From Hormiphora californensis (Eukaryota > Animalia > Ctenophora): a stretch of DNA of 64,000 bases. The stretch spans positions 4,712,001 through 4,776,000 of the forward strand of contig CM035359.1 of the NCBI GenBank assembly GCA_020137815.1, in the 5' to 3' direction. Positions 13,489 to 27,745 of this stretch are shown here, piece after piece (position 1 is the first letter of the stretch; the number at the start of each line of letters is the position of its first letter). The notes under the pieces are model-generated. The model did no database searches. It was not told where the DNA came from and saw nothing but the letters and a program-made list of their open reading frames with translations. The translations under genes were made by a program, and so were the position numbers.

Positions 13489-15658
13489 TATTACTATTTG
13501 ACACCTGTACATGATACGTATACATAATCAACACATTCAACGTGTGTATGTAGATTAGTGATCAGGCATCGGTTTTCCGCTAATCTCCGATTTTCAATTG
13601 GCAAAATTCCAGCAAATGTATCGTCCAGGAAATGTATTGTCTGCAGCAATTCTCCATTATATCACCACACCCATTGCTACATATTTTGTAGAATTTATGT
13701 CTTTATAATCACCGTATTTGATGACGTTAGATAAATTTTATGTGATTTGAGTAAATTTTACACAAGCTAAGTACAAACCATAATAGTCGAACATTATCTT
13801 TGAATGTTGAGTGCATCCGTGTTTAGATTTAACAGTAAATTGTAGTCGCGGACCATATGAAAAGAAATGTGTTAATTAAATGGTATTCACTATCCTTGCC
13901 TTGCTCGACACTTGTTCAGTGTTTTACCGCGACCCGCTTTACAAATATAAAGGAGGGTTAGAAGATAAAAAAACACACTATCCATTGCCAAAATGTTGCG
14001 AGAATTAGGAAAGCGTTTCTTGGTAATTGCATCAGCTTGCAGTATGTGAATTCATTTCTATTTCCACCTTTTTTCTCTTTTTGTTTATGTACTAATATGT
14101 GTCTCTCTATCTATCTGTGCCTGTGTTCCAAATTTCTATCTGTTTGGTGAGGAAGCCCATTATATTACGTAGTATTATAGCATATATCATAGGCTGCAAA
14201 ACTGTAGAATGACACAAGCTGGCAGCTGAGAACATGAGCCATACGTAATGAAATGCTGTAACCTGTAGAAAATTACTGCATCATGGGACACCTCGCGGCT
14301 TGCCCTAATAGTTTTAATGTGTTGAGCCCTAATTTGCTTGTAATAGGTCGCATTGTTGCTCACAAGGGAGAATTAGGATGAAGGACAGCAAGCTCATCTG
14401 ATACTTTCCTTAAGGAGGGTTAGAAGATACACTTCTTGTCGTCTGTCAGTTACTTAAAACTTTACACGACAGTTTGTTAAAAGTTGAAGCTTCCTTCCAC
14501 AAGTCTTCATACTCTTTTCTTTCTCTACTCTCTATATAACGCAGTGTTTTGTTTTTGCTTTAGAAAGCTCGGTTTTCTTCCGAGAGAGACACGCGGCGAG
14601 TAAATTTGACAGTTAACTCTTTATAACCACTAATTTGCCTTTAATTAATGAGATGTTTAGGAAATCTTTATCGGATCTATAGAACAGTAACTTCCTGAAA
14701 TTTTTACAATTGCTTGCTATAGTAATCTGTGTATTGGCATATGGTACAATCGTTTTTTCAATCACTCTAGTACAGAATTGTAAATTGTAAAACTCGCAGC
14801 TCATTAATTTCGAAGAGGCAATTCAAAAGTCCTGATACCAATCCCCTGGCACGCAGTACGTATTAATCGGGACTGCTGCAGATGCCAATACCGTGACCAA
14901 GGGCCCGCCACGAAATACGAATGCCAATGGCTCACACATTTTGCTGCAAAATGTTGTCCTCTTTGTTACCGTATCTTATATACAGTTTACGATGTCTCAA
15001 GTCACACATATGCTTGTTGAGTTACTCAATTTCAACAAACATATGCCATAGAGTTTTGAACTCTCCCTTGTACATGTGTTGTAAGGAGCTATTATAATTG
15101 CTCACACGATCTCATGTGCCCGTTTGATAACGTCACGACGTTGCTGGCTGATAAGATATCATTATCAATGTGTCATATCAAACTCTTTTTCTGGGAGTGT
15201 CCCGGGGAGTGTTGGGTTTGGGGGACTCTATCGAACTGATAATCGTGACTTTCGTCAATACATGCGATGTGGTCATTGGTTATAGACACCATGATGTATG
15301 AGTGCCCGTGAGTCGAGGTATGAAACCCTTCCACTTACTTGTGCGTATGAGTTCGCTTTTCGTGATTTTAGCACTATATTTAGAGTCCGCTTACCCGTAT
15401 GCTAGGAGGGCTTTGTAATATGATCTGTACCAAGTTTGGTCAACTCCCAATTGTTATACCGTGCAAGGCAAAATAACTTTGCGGCTTGGTAGTGTGTGTA
15501 TAATGTTGGTGACATGACGTTATGTTCGTCACATACATGCATGTGTACAACAAGAGACCACACCAAAAAACCTTATTATATAACGTGTCTGAAATCATCA
15601 CGTGTTGCTGTTTTTTGGCAATTTTGTTTTTCTCTCTTCTATCTATAATATATATATT

Positions 15659-15738
<80 letters not shown>

Positions 15739-16046
15739 TTTTGGCGAGCCTTCTTCCCGGAAATATGAATATTTTGCCTTTTTTAAACTGTTTTGAAATC
15801 GTTTTGTGACGTGATGACAAAGACAAAACGAGTTATGTAATCGCCCTGATCATTATTACTTTATAATATTTAGAGAGAAATCCAATAAAGTCTGAAAGGA
15901 TAATAATGGATTTTTGTTAGCCTTCAGATTCCCATCCCTGATCCCTACCTAGAAGAGTGCTGACCTGGTGACACAATCTCGGTCGCGCCAGGTGTCTATG
16001 TCACCAAAGTGCTGACCTGCTTCCTCTTTAGCTGTTTAGATGTGAT

Positions 16047-19000
16047 ATGTGCAATGCATGGGGAGGTGTGGTGTTGGTTTTGCTTTGTTCATTCCTTCAC
16101 CGACTCACGGACTGTCTGACAGTGACTGAAATTGAGCGGGTGAAAAATGCTGCAGATAATCTGAATAGTTACCTTGTCAATAATCGACATTATACTGAGG
16201 TAATTAGTTGACTAATTGGATTGTTAATTAGTTGGAAAACCGTGTAATATCTTTATCACTGTTAATTAAGGGTACGCTAACCAAAAATTTTTTTCGAGTG
16301 CAGGGAAATCTCTCACCGTAGGGTTGTAGGCCATGCCAAGGAGACCTCAAATATGCAATTTGAGCTCTCAAGTCGAATTCATATTTTTGCTACAGCTGCT
16401 TGAAAAATGAACTGAAAATAAGTTTTTGGCATCTTAAAAATACATTTGTAAAGATAGGATCATAAAAATTTGTGGATTTGAAGAGGACAAAGAGGTGAGT
16501 AGCCACAAAAAAATTTTTTGAAATCCGAGCTGATTTCCGGTCCTGAGATGGATTTCTTTTTTTTGACTTTAACGCCATATTTGGCCAAGTTCCGAAAATG
16601 TGTGAAAACTGTAAATTGGTGAAAAGTTGCGTCTAACGATTCTCTATATGGCCATAAATTTTGGGCGCGTCCTTATTTGAGATAAGCTGTACAGAGTTTT
16701 TTTTGTGAAAGCCGTCATTTCAGAAATAAATAAATTCCCTGTATCTCAAAAACGGCTGATCGTAGAGACCTGAGACTATGCTTAAACGATTCAGAAGGTC
16801 CGATTTTGGGGGGGTCTTCTGAGAGACATTTTGCTCCTACTTCAACCGTTTTTGCTGTAATTGCGAAAAACAAATTCTATGAAAAGGGCAAAAGCTAAAC
16901 ACCAATATCCTGTAATTAGGGAATTTTGGCTAAGAAAGGACCGAAACTATGGAAAAATGTGTAACAAGCTAATTCCTTCACTATTTGGTCCATATGGGTC
17001 CCTATAATCACCAAAAACAAAATCACAAAAAATCCACGATGGCGAAGATGGGTTTTTGTTTTTCGCAATTACAGCAAAAACGGTTGAAGTAGGAGCAAAA
17101 TGTCTCTCAGAAGACCCCCCCAAAATCGGACCTTCTGAATCGTTTAAGCATAGTCTCAGGTCTCTACGATCAGCCGTTTTTGAGATACAGGGAATTTATT
17201 TATTTCTGAAATGACGGCTTTCACAAAAAAAACTCTGTACAGCTTATCTCAAATAAGGACACGCCCAAAATTTATGGCCACTTAGATAATCGTTAGACGC
17301 AACTTTTCACCAATTTACAGCTTTCACATGTTTTCGGAACTTTGCCAAATAGGGCGTTAAAGTCAAAAAAAAGAAATCCATCTCAGGACCGGAAATCAGC
17401 TCGGATTTCAAAAAAATATTTTTTGGCTACTCACCTCTTTGTCCTCTTCAAATCCACAAATTTTTATGATCCTATCTTTACAAATGTATTTTTAAGATGC
17501 CAAAAACTTATTTTCAGTTCATTTTTCAAGCAGCTGTAGCAAAAATATGAATTCGACTTGAGAGCTCAAATTGCATATTTGAGGTCTCCTTGGCATGGCC
17601 TACAACCCTACGGTGAGAGATTTCCCTGCACTCGAAAAAAAATTTTGGTTAGCGTACCCTTAATAGCCTATTTAAATTGCGAACTCCCCCACTCAGTACA
17701 GCGTCAAAGAAAACGTCCTTGATGGTACTTTAACATTTTATACCAACTCCAAAGCATCCTATCTCCTTCCTGAGAAAACTGGCCGACCAAAACCCTTCAC
17801 ATTGACGGTAGAGTTTTACAATTTATTTAATTAAATAGTCAGTTGAGATCACAGACCAATTATTTAGTAGATTAAATTATGCTATTTACATTACTTGGCA
17901 ATGCAAGAAGTTAAAGAAGTCTTAAAGAAGTCTCAAAGAAGTTTTAAAGCAGGCTCAAAATCCCAAAATGTTACAGGTGTGGAAGAATTCGATGTACGCC
18001 ACCCAAAAATCCTGCATCCCAACAGACGAGCCGATTGGTATAACACTCTACGGTAGTCTGATCTACTCAGTATCCATGCCTGAACCAGGTATTTATAACA
18101 GGAACCGACCGAAACAAGTAAACAATCAGAACTCGTTATTTAGGTCACGTGACTGGTTATCAGCCAATCAGAGACCAGTATTTCCTGATTCGGTCGGTTC
18201 CTGATTCATAATTAGTTGGACATTGTAGAACAACTTATAGGGCTGTTAGGAGAAGTTTTGTTGATTTCATGTTTGTGAATATCAGTTCATTTTGTGAAAT
18301 GAAATGACAATGCATGAGCCACATGCTAGTTGTGTCAACCTGCTATGGTTTTATTGGCGCCGCGACCCATCTGAGCGCACTTTGAGAATCAAATGGGGTA
18401 TGGCGCCGCCATACAGTATTGGCGTGTGTGACTGTGTATCGATCAGTGGTTCTGTATGGCTCATCAACCAACCTTTCATTTTCTACAAATCATTGATTGC
18501 CAATTAAAATTTCCATACTCAATATACTCAGCTTCGTTTCTGTGGAATCATTGCACATTCTCAATCAATAAAATGGTCGTCGTTATGAGACTGGAGAGAG
18601 ATGAAATAAAATCTCTCATTATCCCTCATTCTTTTTTATAAATCTCCCTCTTTTTCACCCGCAGGTTGCCCTCAGACCGATGTCAGGAAGGTCAGAAACG
18701 GAATTCCAGACTCCGAGAAAACAACAGAGTTTGATCAGTGTGGTGGAATGATCTACCCATACGATAGATCTTACAGGTACAAGCTAAATAATTAGTTAAT
18801 TAATTTGTATAATTAATTAATTGTACACCCTCCTTTTACTTGTTAAAAACACAGTCTAGCTAGGCAACCTTTTACTACTATTAACTCACTTATCAACCAA
18901 CCTTGCTAGTGACCCTGTTTGAACGAACCCAGACAAATTAACAAAGTGTACCCTCCTATTACCCCCTTTCACTTTGGCCTCTTCAACTCACAGCTGCATC

Positions 19001-20359
19001 AACCCAATCCCCTTGGTTACGAAGTCACCCCTTTTATTTCCATTATTAGAGGGGTAATTTCATTACCAACCCGATCCCCCTACTGTAGAGTGTATCAGTG
19101 GAGCCCATGTATCAGTAACGAGACGTGTGGAACTGCCTCTGATATCATTGGAGTTGCACTGGACGGGTTCCCAATCTACGGGCCCTTCGATGAAGATGGA
19201 CGACAGCTGTCGACTTACGATCTGGATGAGTGCCATGGAAGGGTGGACAAAAATGGGAAATACAAGTTAGTGATGAATGTTTTTGTAGTTCTTTTCTTTT
19301 TCAAACTCTCTCCTCCACAATCCACATAATTAGGGAATAGGGGATCAGGGCTGCCCATATATTCTAACCTCAACCCCATGTTACAACCTCAATATACCTC
19401 ATAACCTCACTATACCTCATACTCTCTGCCAGGTACCACGCCACAGTTGACTACCTCATACTCTCTCCCAGGTACCACGCCACAGTTGACTACCTCATAC
19501 TCTCTCCTGCAGGTACCACGCCACAGTTGACTACCCCTACTTCATGTCATGTTTCAAGGGGGTCCTACACGAAGATGTAGGTATATCAAACCCAGTTCCC
19601 TGTACCTGTCCCTGTAACGATACAACCTTTATAGAGAAGGATAAGATACCCTTCCAGAATTACACGATAGGTGAGTGGCATTAGAAATTAACACGTGTGA
19701 AGTGGTTTATGAAGGAGCAGTTGGAGTAATAGGTGCATGGCAGCTGTAGGGAGGGTGGAATGGGGCTGGTATATTGATGGGTGGGTCGAGTTATACTCCT
19801 TAATCGCCCCTTATACATTTATTTCCACCAAAGTACAATTATTTTTCAGCATACGAATGGATTCCAATATACTCCAACATATCCCTCTTCCCCTGCACAA
19901 AATGCAATACCCCTGAGAAGAAGAGCCTCTTCAGACAAAATACGGTAAGGAAATCCAAAGCAGATGCAATGTCAGGCAATTGTCAGATCAAACTTGGATA
20001 AATCAGATGTTTTATCGGAACCCCCCAATTCGAGATTAACCAGTCCCAGTCGTCTAAAGTCACACATTGCTGATACAGACACCTAGCGCGAACCCCCCGC
20101 TCAATCTCGGTCGCGCCAGGTGTCTATGTCACCAAAGTCACACAGTATAGGATCTAATCTATACCCCTTGTTCCACATCTCCCTGATTCAGGTATGTAGA
20201 GGAGAGTTTACAGAGCAGCGGTTTGTTCCCGTCATAACTCGGCGATTAAAAGAGGGCCGGCTACCTCCTAATATGGAGTGGAGGTATTATGAGGATCGCA
20301 GGGCTTTTTGGAATCGCAACCAAAATGGTGAGATATTAGTCCAAAAACCAATTAAGTAA
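16047..20359 (+). CDS. Secreted YHYH-domain protein (8 exons: ~16047-16199, 17697-17807, 17977-18088, 18665-18776, 19090-19265, 19513-19670, 19850-19944, 20192-20359)
   Basis: Phase-compatible GT-AG exons. N-terminal hydrophobic signal (MCNAWGGVVLVLLCSFLH); YHYH-family motifs PIGITLYGSLIY, FDQCGG, IIGVALDGFPIYGP, DLDECHG and KYKYHATVDYPYFMSCFKG. Confidence 0.8.
16270..17659. mobile_element. Fold-back non-autonomous element with ~605-bp TIRs, Kolobok-like
   Basis: TTAA on both sides; GGGTACGCTAACC...GGTTAGCGTACCC termini; arms 16270-16874 and 17055-17659 are near-perfect inverted copies; lies in intron 1 of the YHYH gene. Confidence 0.85.
18099..18203 (+). mobile_element. hAT-like MITE (family A), intronic
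   Basis: Same TIRs; TSD ATTTATAA / ATTCATAA (one mismatch). Confidence 0.85.
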
Positions 20360-20729
20360 ATTAGTTTGGATGCCCGGGGCACTTGCCAGTGCTATGATTA
20401 GGAGAGTTTTTCCATGCCAAGCCATGAAGTCGTGGCTTGCTTTGCTCGACCCTCTCTCACAGCACCCCGACTTTTGCATTGTATCAAATAAAGGAAGGTT
20501 AGAATTTTGGTGTGGATTAGAGCTCTATTCCATCCCAAAAAAATCTAACCTCAATTATTTGACATGTTCCTTGTCTGTCAGCTCTCACACCGGGCCGAAG
20601 GCCCGGTGTGAGCTTACGCGAGCGTAAGCGAGGCGCTTAAGTGCCGATAGAGGCGCTTAAGTGCCGATAGACAGCCTGCGTAGCATGGCAATCAATTATA
20701 GGGTAAGTCGGAAGAACGTGTCCGTTTGT

Positions 20730-21030
20730 CTCATGAGGCCTCATGAGGCGCCTCATGAGACCTCATGAGGCACTCATGAGGCGCCTCATGAGGCCTCATG
20801 AGACATTTTCAGCTGTTTTAGTGCCTCATGAGGCCTCATGAGACCTCATGAGGCGCCTCATGAGGCACTCATGAGGCCTCATGAGGCTCATGAGACACTG
20901 CTCATGAGGCCTCATGATACATGTGCCCTCATCACGTCACGACTTTTGTTTTGATGTCTCTGGGCCTCATTGGCAGTTTTGACATGAGGCATGTCTCATG
21001 AGGTCCTCATTAGGCATATCTCATGATCCC
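20730..21030. repeat. Satellite of the palindromic unit CCTCATGAGG
   Basis: Many copies of CTCATGAG(G) visible. Confidence 0.85.
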
Positions 21031-22792
21031 TTAAAGTTTGTATAGCTACCAAAAAAAAATAAAATTTTAAATAAAATTACGGGGTTTTCCAAAAAAACCC
21101 AAAAATATTGATTAAACGTGTTGGTTCGTTTGTCTTTTCATTGCCCCTTTAAATTTTGATTGTTCCCTCCATGAATAAAGTGTCTTGTAACGTACGTATT
21201 TTAGATTGGATAGAAGGCTAGGGATGTGACATCTTTTTTCCGGTTTTCTCTTTTCTTTTCTACTCTCTCTTTCTCTTCCTCTCTCTTCTCTCTTCTCTTT
21301 TCCTCTCTCTCTTCTCTTCCTCCCTCCTCTCTCTCTCCTCTTCTCTCTCTCTTTTCCCCCTATTATCTCTCAGATGGCGGTGCTGTGATAAAAGGGGGGT
21401 GCTCCTTGGGGGAAGGGAAAACTTTTGGGGGAAGTGGAACAGGAGGGATAGAAAAGATAAAAAAAGGTTTAGAGAGGAAAGATAAGAAGGAAAGGTGAAA
21501 TGGGGGGGAAGTGAGAAGAAGGAAAATTTTCCAGTGCCATACAAAAACGCCCTTTGGGAAAATGGCAAAACGTGTTTTTCCGGGTAAAATGTTTTTTGGG
21601 TAAAAACGTTATTCCTACTTCTCCATTCCCACACACATCTCTCTCTTCTCTTTCTTTCTCTCTCTTTCTCTCTCTCTCTCCTCTCCCCTCTCTCTCTCTC
21701 CTCTCTCTCCTCTCTCTCTCCCCCTCCCAAACCTTTTCCCTCTTAATTTAGTAACAAAATTTTATGCTTTACATTAATGCGTCCTTTTTAAATGTTAGTT
21801 TATACGTTGTTTGGAGATCAGTAGTTAGGGCCTGGATAGACCTGGATATAATATTGTTACAATCATAATATTGCGGTGTGTTACATAACCACACGATCTG
21901 GATAACGTGAGGGTGTTACACTGAGAGACAGCTGTTACAGTGAGACAGCTGTTACAGAGGGGAAGGTGTAACAAGCAATATGTAACACTTTCAGGGTCTT
22001 TCAACATACCCGGTTGGATTTTAATATCTTACTGTTTGTTTAACATTTTATTAAACCGTCTATGTGACTGCAATATTGGCTAGCATGAGTATTGAGTAGG
22101 GTAGAATAACAGGTGTTTATTGCATGTTACATATATATAATGTGCCTTACGTTTCTCTTTTCGAGTAAACTATACCATGTCTCATGAAATCAATTCTTGA
22201 CAGAATTTGCCACACAAAATGATGTCGTAACATTATATTTATCTTTAAAAGATCGTTATTTCTTCGCCTCTCACAGATCCCTCTTATCTTCCCTTTCTTG
22301 CAAGAACCATCATAGTATCGTAACACTTAGCTCCAGTCACTGTACTACAGCACGCTAAATCTCTATTGTCGGCCCACATCTCTTTTGTCTATAATCTGCC
22401 TCCATTGTTTTATTAGCGCAGTGAACACAGAAATCTCTACTTGCAAGAAATAACAAGATTCTCAATCCCAGATACTGCATGTGTTTGTTATCGTCAGTTA
22501 CTGATGAGGGCACCCGTTGCCGAAACGTTTGACAATTCCCATTTGAAATTACTTGTGTTGTGATTGTCTGAATCAACCCTGGCAAACGCGAGAACTGCTG
22601 CAGCTCCCAGCTGCTGCAAACCCTCCGTATTAGATATTACTATTACATCCATAATAATTTAGTAAGAGTGGGTGGTGCGGAGACTTTGGGAGAAGGAAAA
22701 ATAAGAATATTGAGAGCGAGGAGGGAACTTTCTCTCTCTTTTATCTTTCTCTCTCTATCTCTCTCTCTATGTATATATATCTCTATCTCTTC

Positions 22793-22826
<34 letters not shown>

Positions 22827-22956
22827 GGGAAAGGATTATATACATTTTATGTTGAGGCGTGAAAGCTTTCAAGTGTAACGTTATATTGTAAAGCTTTAGT
22901 GTTAGTATTATCGATATACGTTATCAGTGCTTTCGGTGGGTGGGGTGTTTAGAGTA

Positions 22957-23140
22957 GGCTGTTACTAGGGTGTTACTATACTAGGCTGTTACTATACTAG
23001 GCTGTTACTAGGCTGTTACTAAGGTGTTACTAGGCTGTTACTAAGGTGTTACTAGGCTGTTACTAAGGTGTTACTAGGGTGTTACTAAGGTGTTACTAAA
23101 GTGTTACTAAGGTGTTACTAGGCGTCTTACTAGGCTGTTA
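22957..23140. repeat. GTTACTA-core minisatellite
   Basis: Tandem GGCTGTTACTA / AGGTGTTACTA units. Confidence 0.85.
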
Positions 23141-23786
23141 CCAAGATTTGTTGCTCCTACATAGTTTAATATTATGGTTTAGTTAATAAAAGTGGTTTGT
23201 TCTAACCCATGCCGGGATCAAAGATGTGGCTTTGGGTCAGCCCGTATGATCTAGCCAGATCAGCTGTTACCTATCACTGCCACGCACACGTGCAATATGC
23301 TGTGTTTATGTTACACTGTCAGGATACACTCAAGTGCCATACAGTGCGTGTAGTTGTCAAAAATAGGTCACTCTTATTATTTTGATATATTCTTGAATCT
23401 TCTCTCTTTTTCCTCTCAGTCACATTTCTCTCTCAGTCACATTTCTCTCTCTCTCTCTTGTTTTTCTGCCGTTTGTTAGGACCATACGGCACTGCTTGTA
23501 GCAAGCATCTGATTACCCAATTAGTTCTTAATTGATGTTCACATCTACAGGATCAGTAACCCAACTCTTGTTATATTCTAACCCTCCTTTAAATAAAAGC
23601 AGAGAGAGGGGGGGGGTCGAACAAGGCAACTGCATGCTAACATCAAACAAGCCCAATTATCTCAGTTGTTAGTCGGTTACATCTCAAACGAGAAATAATA
23701 CGCACTGGATTACTATAATACACACCACCAGATATATTCTGTTCACTAAGTGTTCATGGTGTTCATGTTCTGAACATTGTAATGTG

Positions 23787-23895
23787 TAGGAACCGACCGA
23801 AACAAGTAAACAACCAATCAGAACTCGTTATTTAGATCACGTGACTGGTTATCAGCCAATCAGGGACCAGTATTTCTTGATACGGTCGGTTCCTG
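23787..23895 (+). mobile_element. hAT-like MITE (family A)
   Basis: TIRs present; 8-bp TSD GTAATGTG. Confidence 0.9.
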
Positions 23896-24023
23896 GTAAT
23901 GTGAGTCCACCAGTTTGTTAGTTATTATTGCTGCTCAATGTTCGTTACATTACATTATGATTCATGGTTGTTGGCGTTATTCTCTGTGCGAGCATGACAA
24001 GAGGACTACCGACCAAGAGAGAA

Positions 24024-24110
<87 letters not shown>

Positions 24111-25031
24111 AGAGAGAGAGAGAGAGAAACCACACACGTGTGTAAGCGACAAATAAACCATCATCTGCATGTTTAACATTGGACATTGGACAGCCCGCAT
24201 GTGGTTATTATACGGGTGAACACTAAAACTAGATTTCTCTATGAGAATACAAACTACTGCTGCACTGTTCTTCAACGGGCGAACAACACAGCAAAATATA
24301 GAGATCAGATCAGAAGTTCTTGTAACAATTACCCCCCACCCAAACTCCGCCGACCACCTCTAGATTGCCAAAATATTCAGACTCACTATTCTAATATGAA
24401 CTTGATATATTGAAGTTGAGTATAGTGAGCCCATTTCATAAAAATGTGGGCATGCCGGCAGTAACATAATCCTTCATTTTATATTCCACGGAATGATAAT
24501 GCTCTCGCCTCTCTCTAGATCGTGTTGAAGTTTTACCAGGCCGTGCTCTCTCTCCCTTATTTATCTTTTCTGGTATCCGATAATTTCTAGTTTGATTACT
24601 TGAGCTGGGCGTGATTCTGAAGTGAAACAGCTTTCTTATGTGATAACATGCCTGTATATAATGGGTTTAGAGAGGCAAGAGTAACACAGCATTCTTACTA
24701 ATTTTGCTTTCTCTCTTTCGCTTTCCTTCTCTATTCTCTTCTGTTTAGATATTTTAGTATTGTTGAACTCAGTTTCCTGCAATCTATGCAAATCGCATAC
24801 TATGTCTCACTAATATAAATATTTCTCTCTACATTCCACTTCTCCATTCCTCTTTTTCTCTTTTTATTCTCTATATTACCTTCTCTTTTTTTCTCTATCT
24901 TCCACTATTCCTTCTTTTTTATACTGTCTCCATTACACGTCCCCGTTTTTCGTTGTAATCTCATTTTCACAGCTCTCCCATATATTCCCTTTCCCTTCTT
25001 CCGGTCTAAACGTGTTGCAGTTTACATGACT

Positions 25032-25159
<128 letters not shown>

Positions 25160-26212
25160 AAAAGAAAGAAACGGGCATATTATATGATAGTAAGAATGAA
25201 GAAAGAAAAGTAGCAAGAAATAAAGTTGGTATATTTCTGAAATGGTCGTGCCCTATTTGTCTCTCCTACATCAGCTCACCCATAATAGATAGGTTATTTT
25301 TCAAAAATTATAGCAGCTTTTTAATATATTTCATATTTCTGGTTCATACTTTTAAACCCCGTTAGATTTATAATTTCGTTAACTAACTCTTTCCCTTGCC
25401 GGCCATCAATATAATATCGAATTGGAAAGGCCTGCTTCTACCACGGTCCCGGTATAGCTTGAGAGTTTAGTCTACTACCTTCCATAATCTTTTTAAAACT
25501 TCAGCCTACTGTTATACAGGGTGGTGTCTATTACGGTGGCCGAGTACTAAAACCCCAGACTGATAATCTGAGAATTCGTGTGGAGTGGGAGAGGAGAGAG
25601 AGAGAGAGAGAGAGGAGAGGAGAGAGAGAGAGAGAAGGGGAGAGGGGGGGGAGAGAGGATAGAGAGAGGGGGAAGAGAGAATAGAGAGAGAGAGAGAAGA
25701 AAAAGATGCCAAACAATAATAGGTGTTTCACATTTTTACTAGCTATTCTTTGAATATTTTGTCGAAATTTTAAACCTTTTTTTAAAAATTTTTTTTTTAT
25801 AAGGGTTTTTAAACATTAGAGAGGAGGGAGAGGAGGAGGGAGAGAGAGAGAGACGACGAGAGAAGGAGAGAGAGAGGAGAGGAGAGAGAGAGAGAGAGAA
25901 TATGTGTGACATTGTTCTGTATGAAGCAGTGGAACTAGGTTTTTTCCTTGCACTGCATTGTTTTTGTCTTTTTGTCGTGTAAAGCTGCTTACAGTTGTTC
26001 GACCCTCCTTTGAATAAAACAAGCTTACAGTAACTCTCATAACTCTCATTTTGAATTCTCAGAATTTAATGCCTTATAATATGGGGGGGGGGGGTGGAGG
26101 CAAGGCCAAAGAAGCCAAAACCGCCCTGAAATCATTTTTTTGGCCTTTTTGATCTGGCTTTTTATGATCTGGCGATTTTGATCTGGTGATTTTGATCTGG
26201 CTTTTTTTTGTC

Positions 26213-26280
26213 GGCTGGGTGGTGTAGTGGTTACACACTCGCTTCTCATGCAGAAGGTCCCGGGTTCGAATCTCGGGGTC
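26213..26280 (+). pseudogene. tRNA-derived sequence (pseudo-tRNA or SINE head)
   Basis: A box TGGTGTAGTGG, D-arm, variable loop AGGTC and T-arm CCGGG-TTCGAAT-CTCGG are present; the acceptor stem does not pair and the anticodon stem is mismatched. Confidence 0.65.
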
Positions 26281-26632
26281 TAATGCAAGCCGTCTAGTTG
26301 ACCGAGCTAAACATATTTCAAGAACCCTTGACCATTCATTGCCAGTGTTGATCAGTTCACGAGTATCACACAAAAATTATGTCATTGTTTTTTAATTACT
26401 CAGTAATTTTTTTCGTCTTTTTGTAATTTTTCGCTTGATAAAAACACACTTCAGATTCGTTTTTAGTTGGGAGTGGCATTGGTTATGGTAGAGGGCGAGA
26501 GCTGGGGGTGACTGAGAGAAGAATGGAGAGGTTGAGGTATTTGTAAAGCAGCATAATATATAACTGCATTATATTTCTAAAATATATGTACTACTTTCAA
26601 GGTTGACTCTCTGCGAACCTGTAATACCCATG

Positions 26633-26685
<53 letters not shown>

Positions 26686-26694
26686 ATCTCTCTC

Positions 26695-26753
<59 letters not shown>

Positions 26754-27256
26754 TTTCATTTCCTTTTGATTCTTTCATTTCACTTGCTTTTCCTATCGGT
26801 TACATAACATATGTCTGATTTTTCATTTCCTTTTTCTGTCTTCATTTCAGTACATCACTCCTTCCTTGAACCATGAATTCTCCGTGCTTCTAAGCTAGGA
26901 CCAGATCTACCTACTTTTTCTCCATCTCAATTCTCATAGAATATTTGGTATGCTTTTTAGTCACCTTATCAACATTCTTTATTTTCCTCTATTTCCTCTA
27001 TTTAGTAAATGTATCAATCTCACTTTAGTAAAAGTACATAACAATCTCTCTTTAGTAAAAGTATCAATCTCTCTTTAGTAAAAGTACCATTCTCTCTTTA
27101 CTAAAAGTAACTACATATCTCACTTTTAAATGCTTTGTATAACAAGGTTGATGCGTGATCTCCGTTGCTCTCCCTCCTTTGGACACCCTGTACTATATTT
27201 ATTGTCCGATTATAAAGCACAGACACACGCTCACTCTCTTTATATAATATGTTTCT

Positions 27257-27372
<116 letters not shown>

Positions 27373-27682
27373 GCTCTTCCTTTCTATCTCTCTCGCTCTT
27401 CCTTCTCCTATTTTATCCTCATTTTGCTATCTTGTAGCACTACTGCTTAACGCAAGGCTTGTCTCTTTTCTCGCATACCCTAGTCTAGTCGAGCCCACTA
27501 GGCTAATTCATTTATTTGAAAACTGAGGTGTCCCTTTTTTGTAGGCTTCCTTTTTTATTTCCTTTTCTCCGAGTTGCCTGTTTTATAGGCTATAGCATAG
27601 ACAGATCGATAGTAATCTTGTATTTTCTAAGCGAGAAAGAAAAATACATTATACGATACAATATCCTTGCAACCCTCTTTTT

Positions 27683-27745
<63 letters not shown>

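Noticed and set aside
16390-17539. Mirror-image ORFs ALKSKKRNPSQD...
   Set aside because: Product of the inverted arms; no coding signature.
26213-26285. Functional tRNA gene
   Set aside because: Acceptor stem cannot pair and the anticodon stem is broken.
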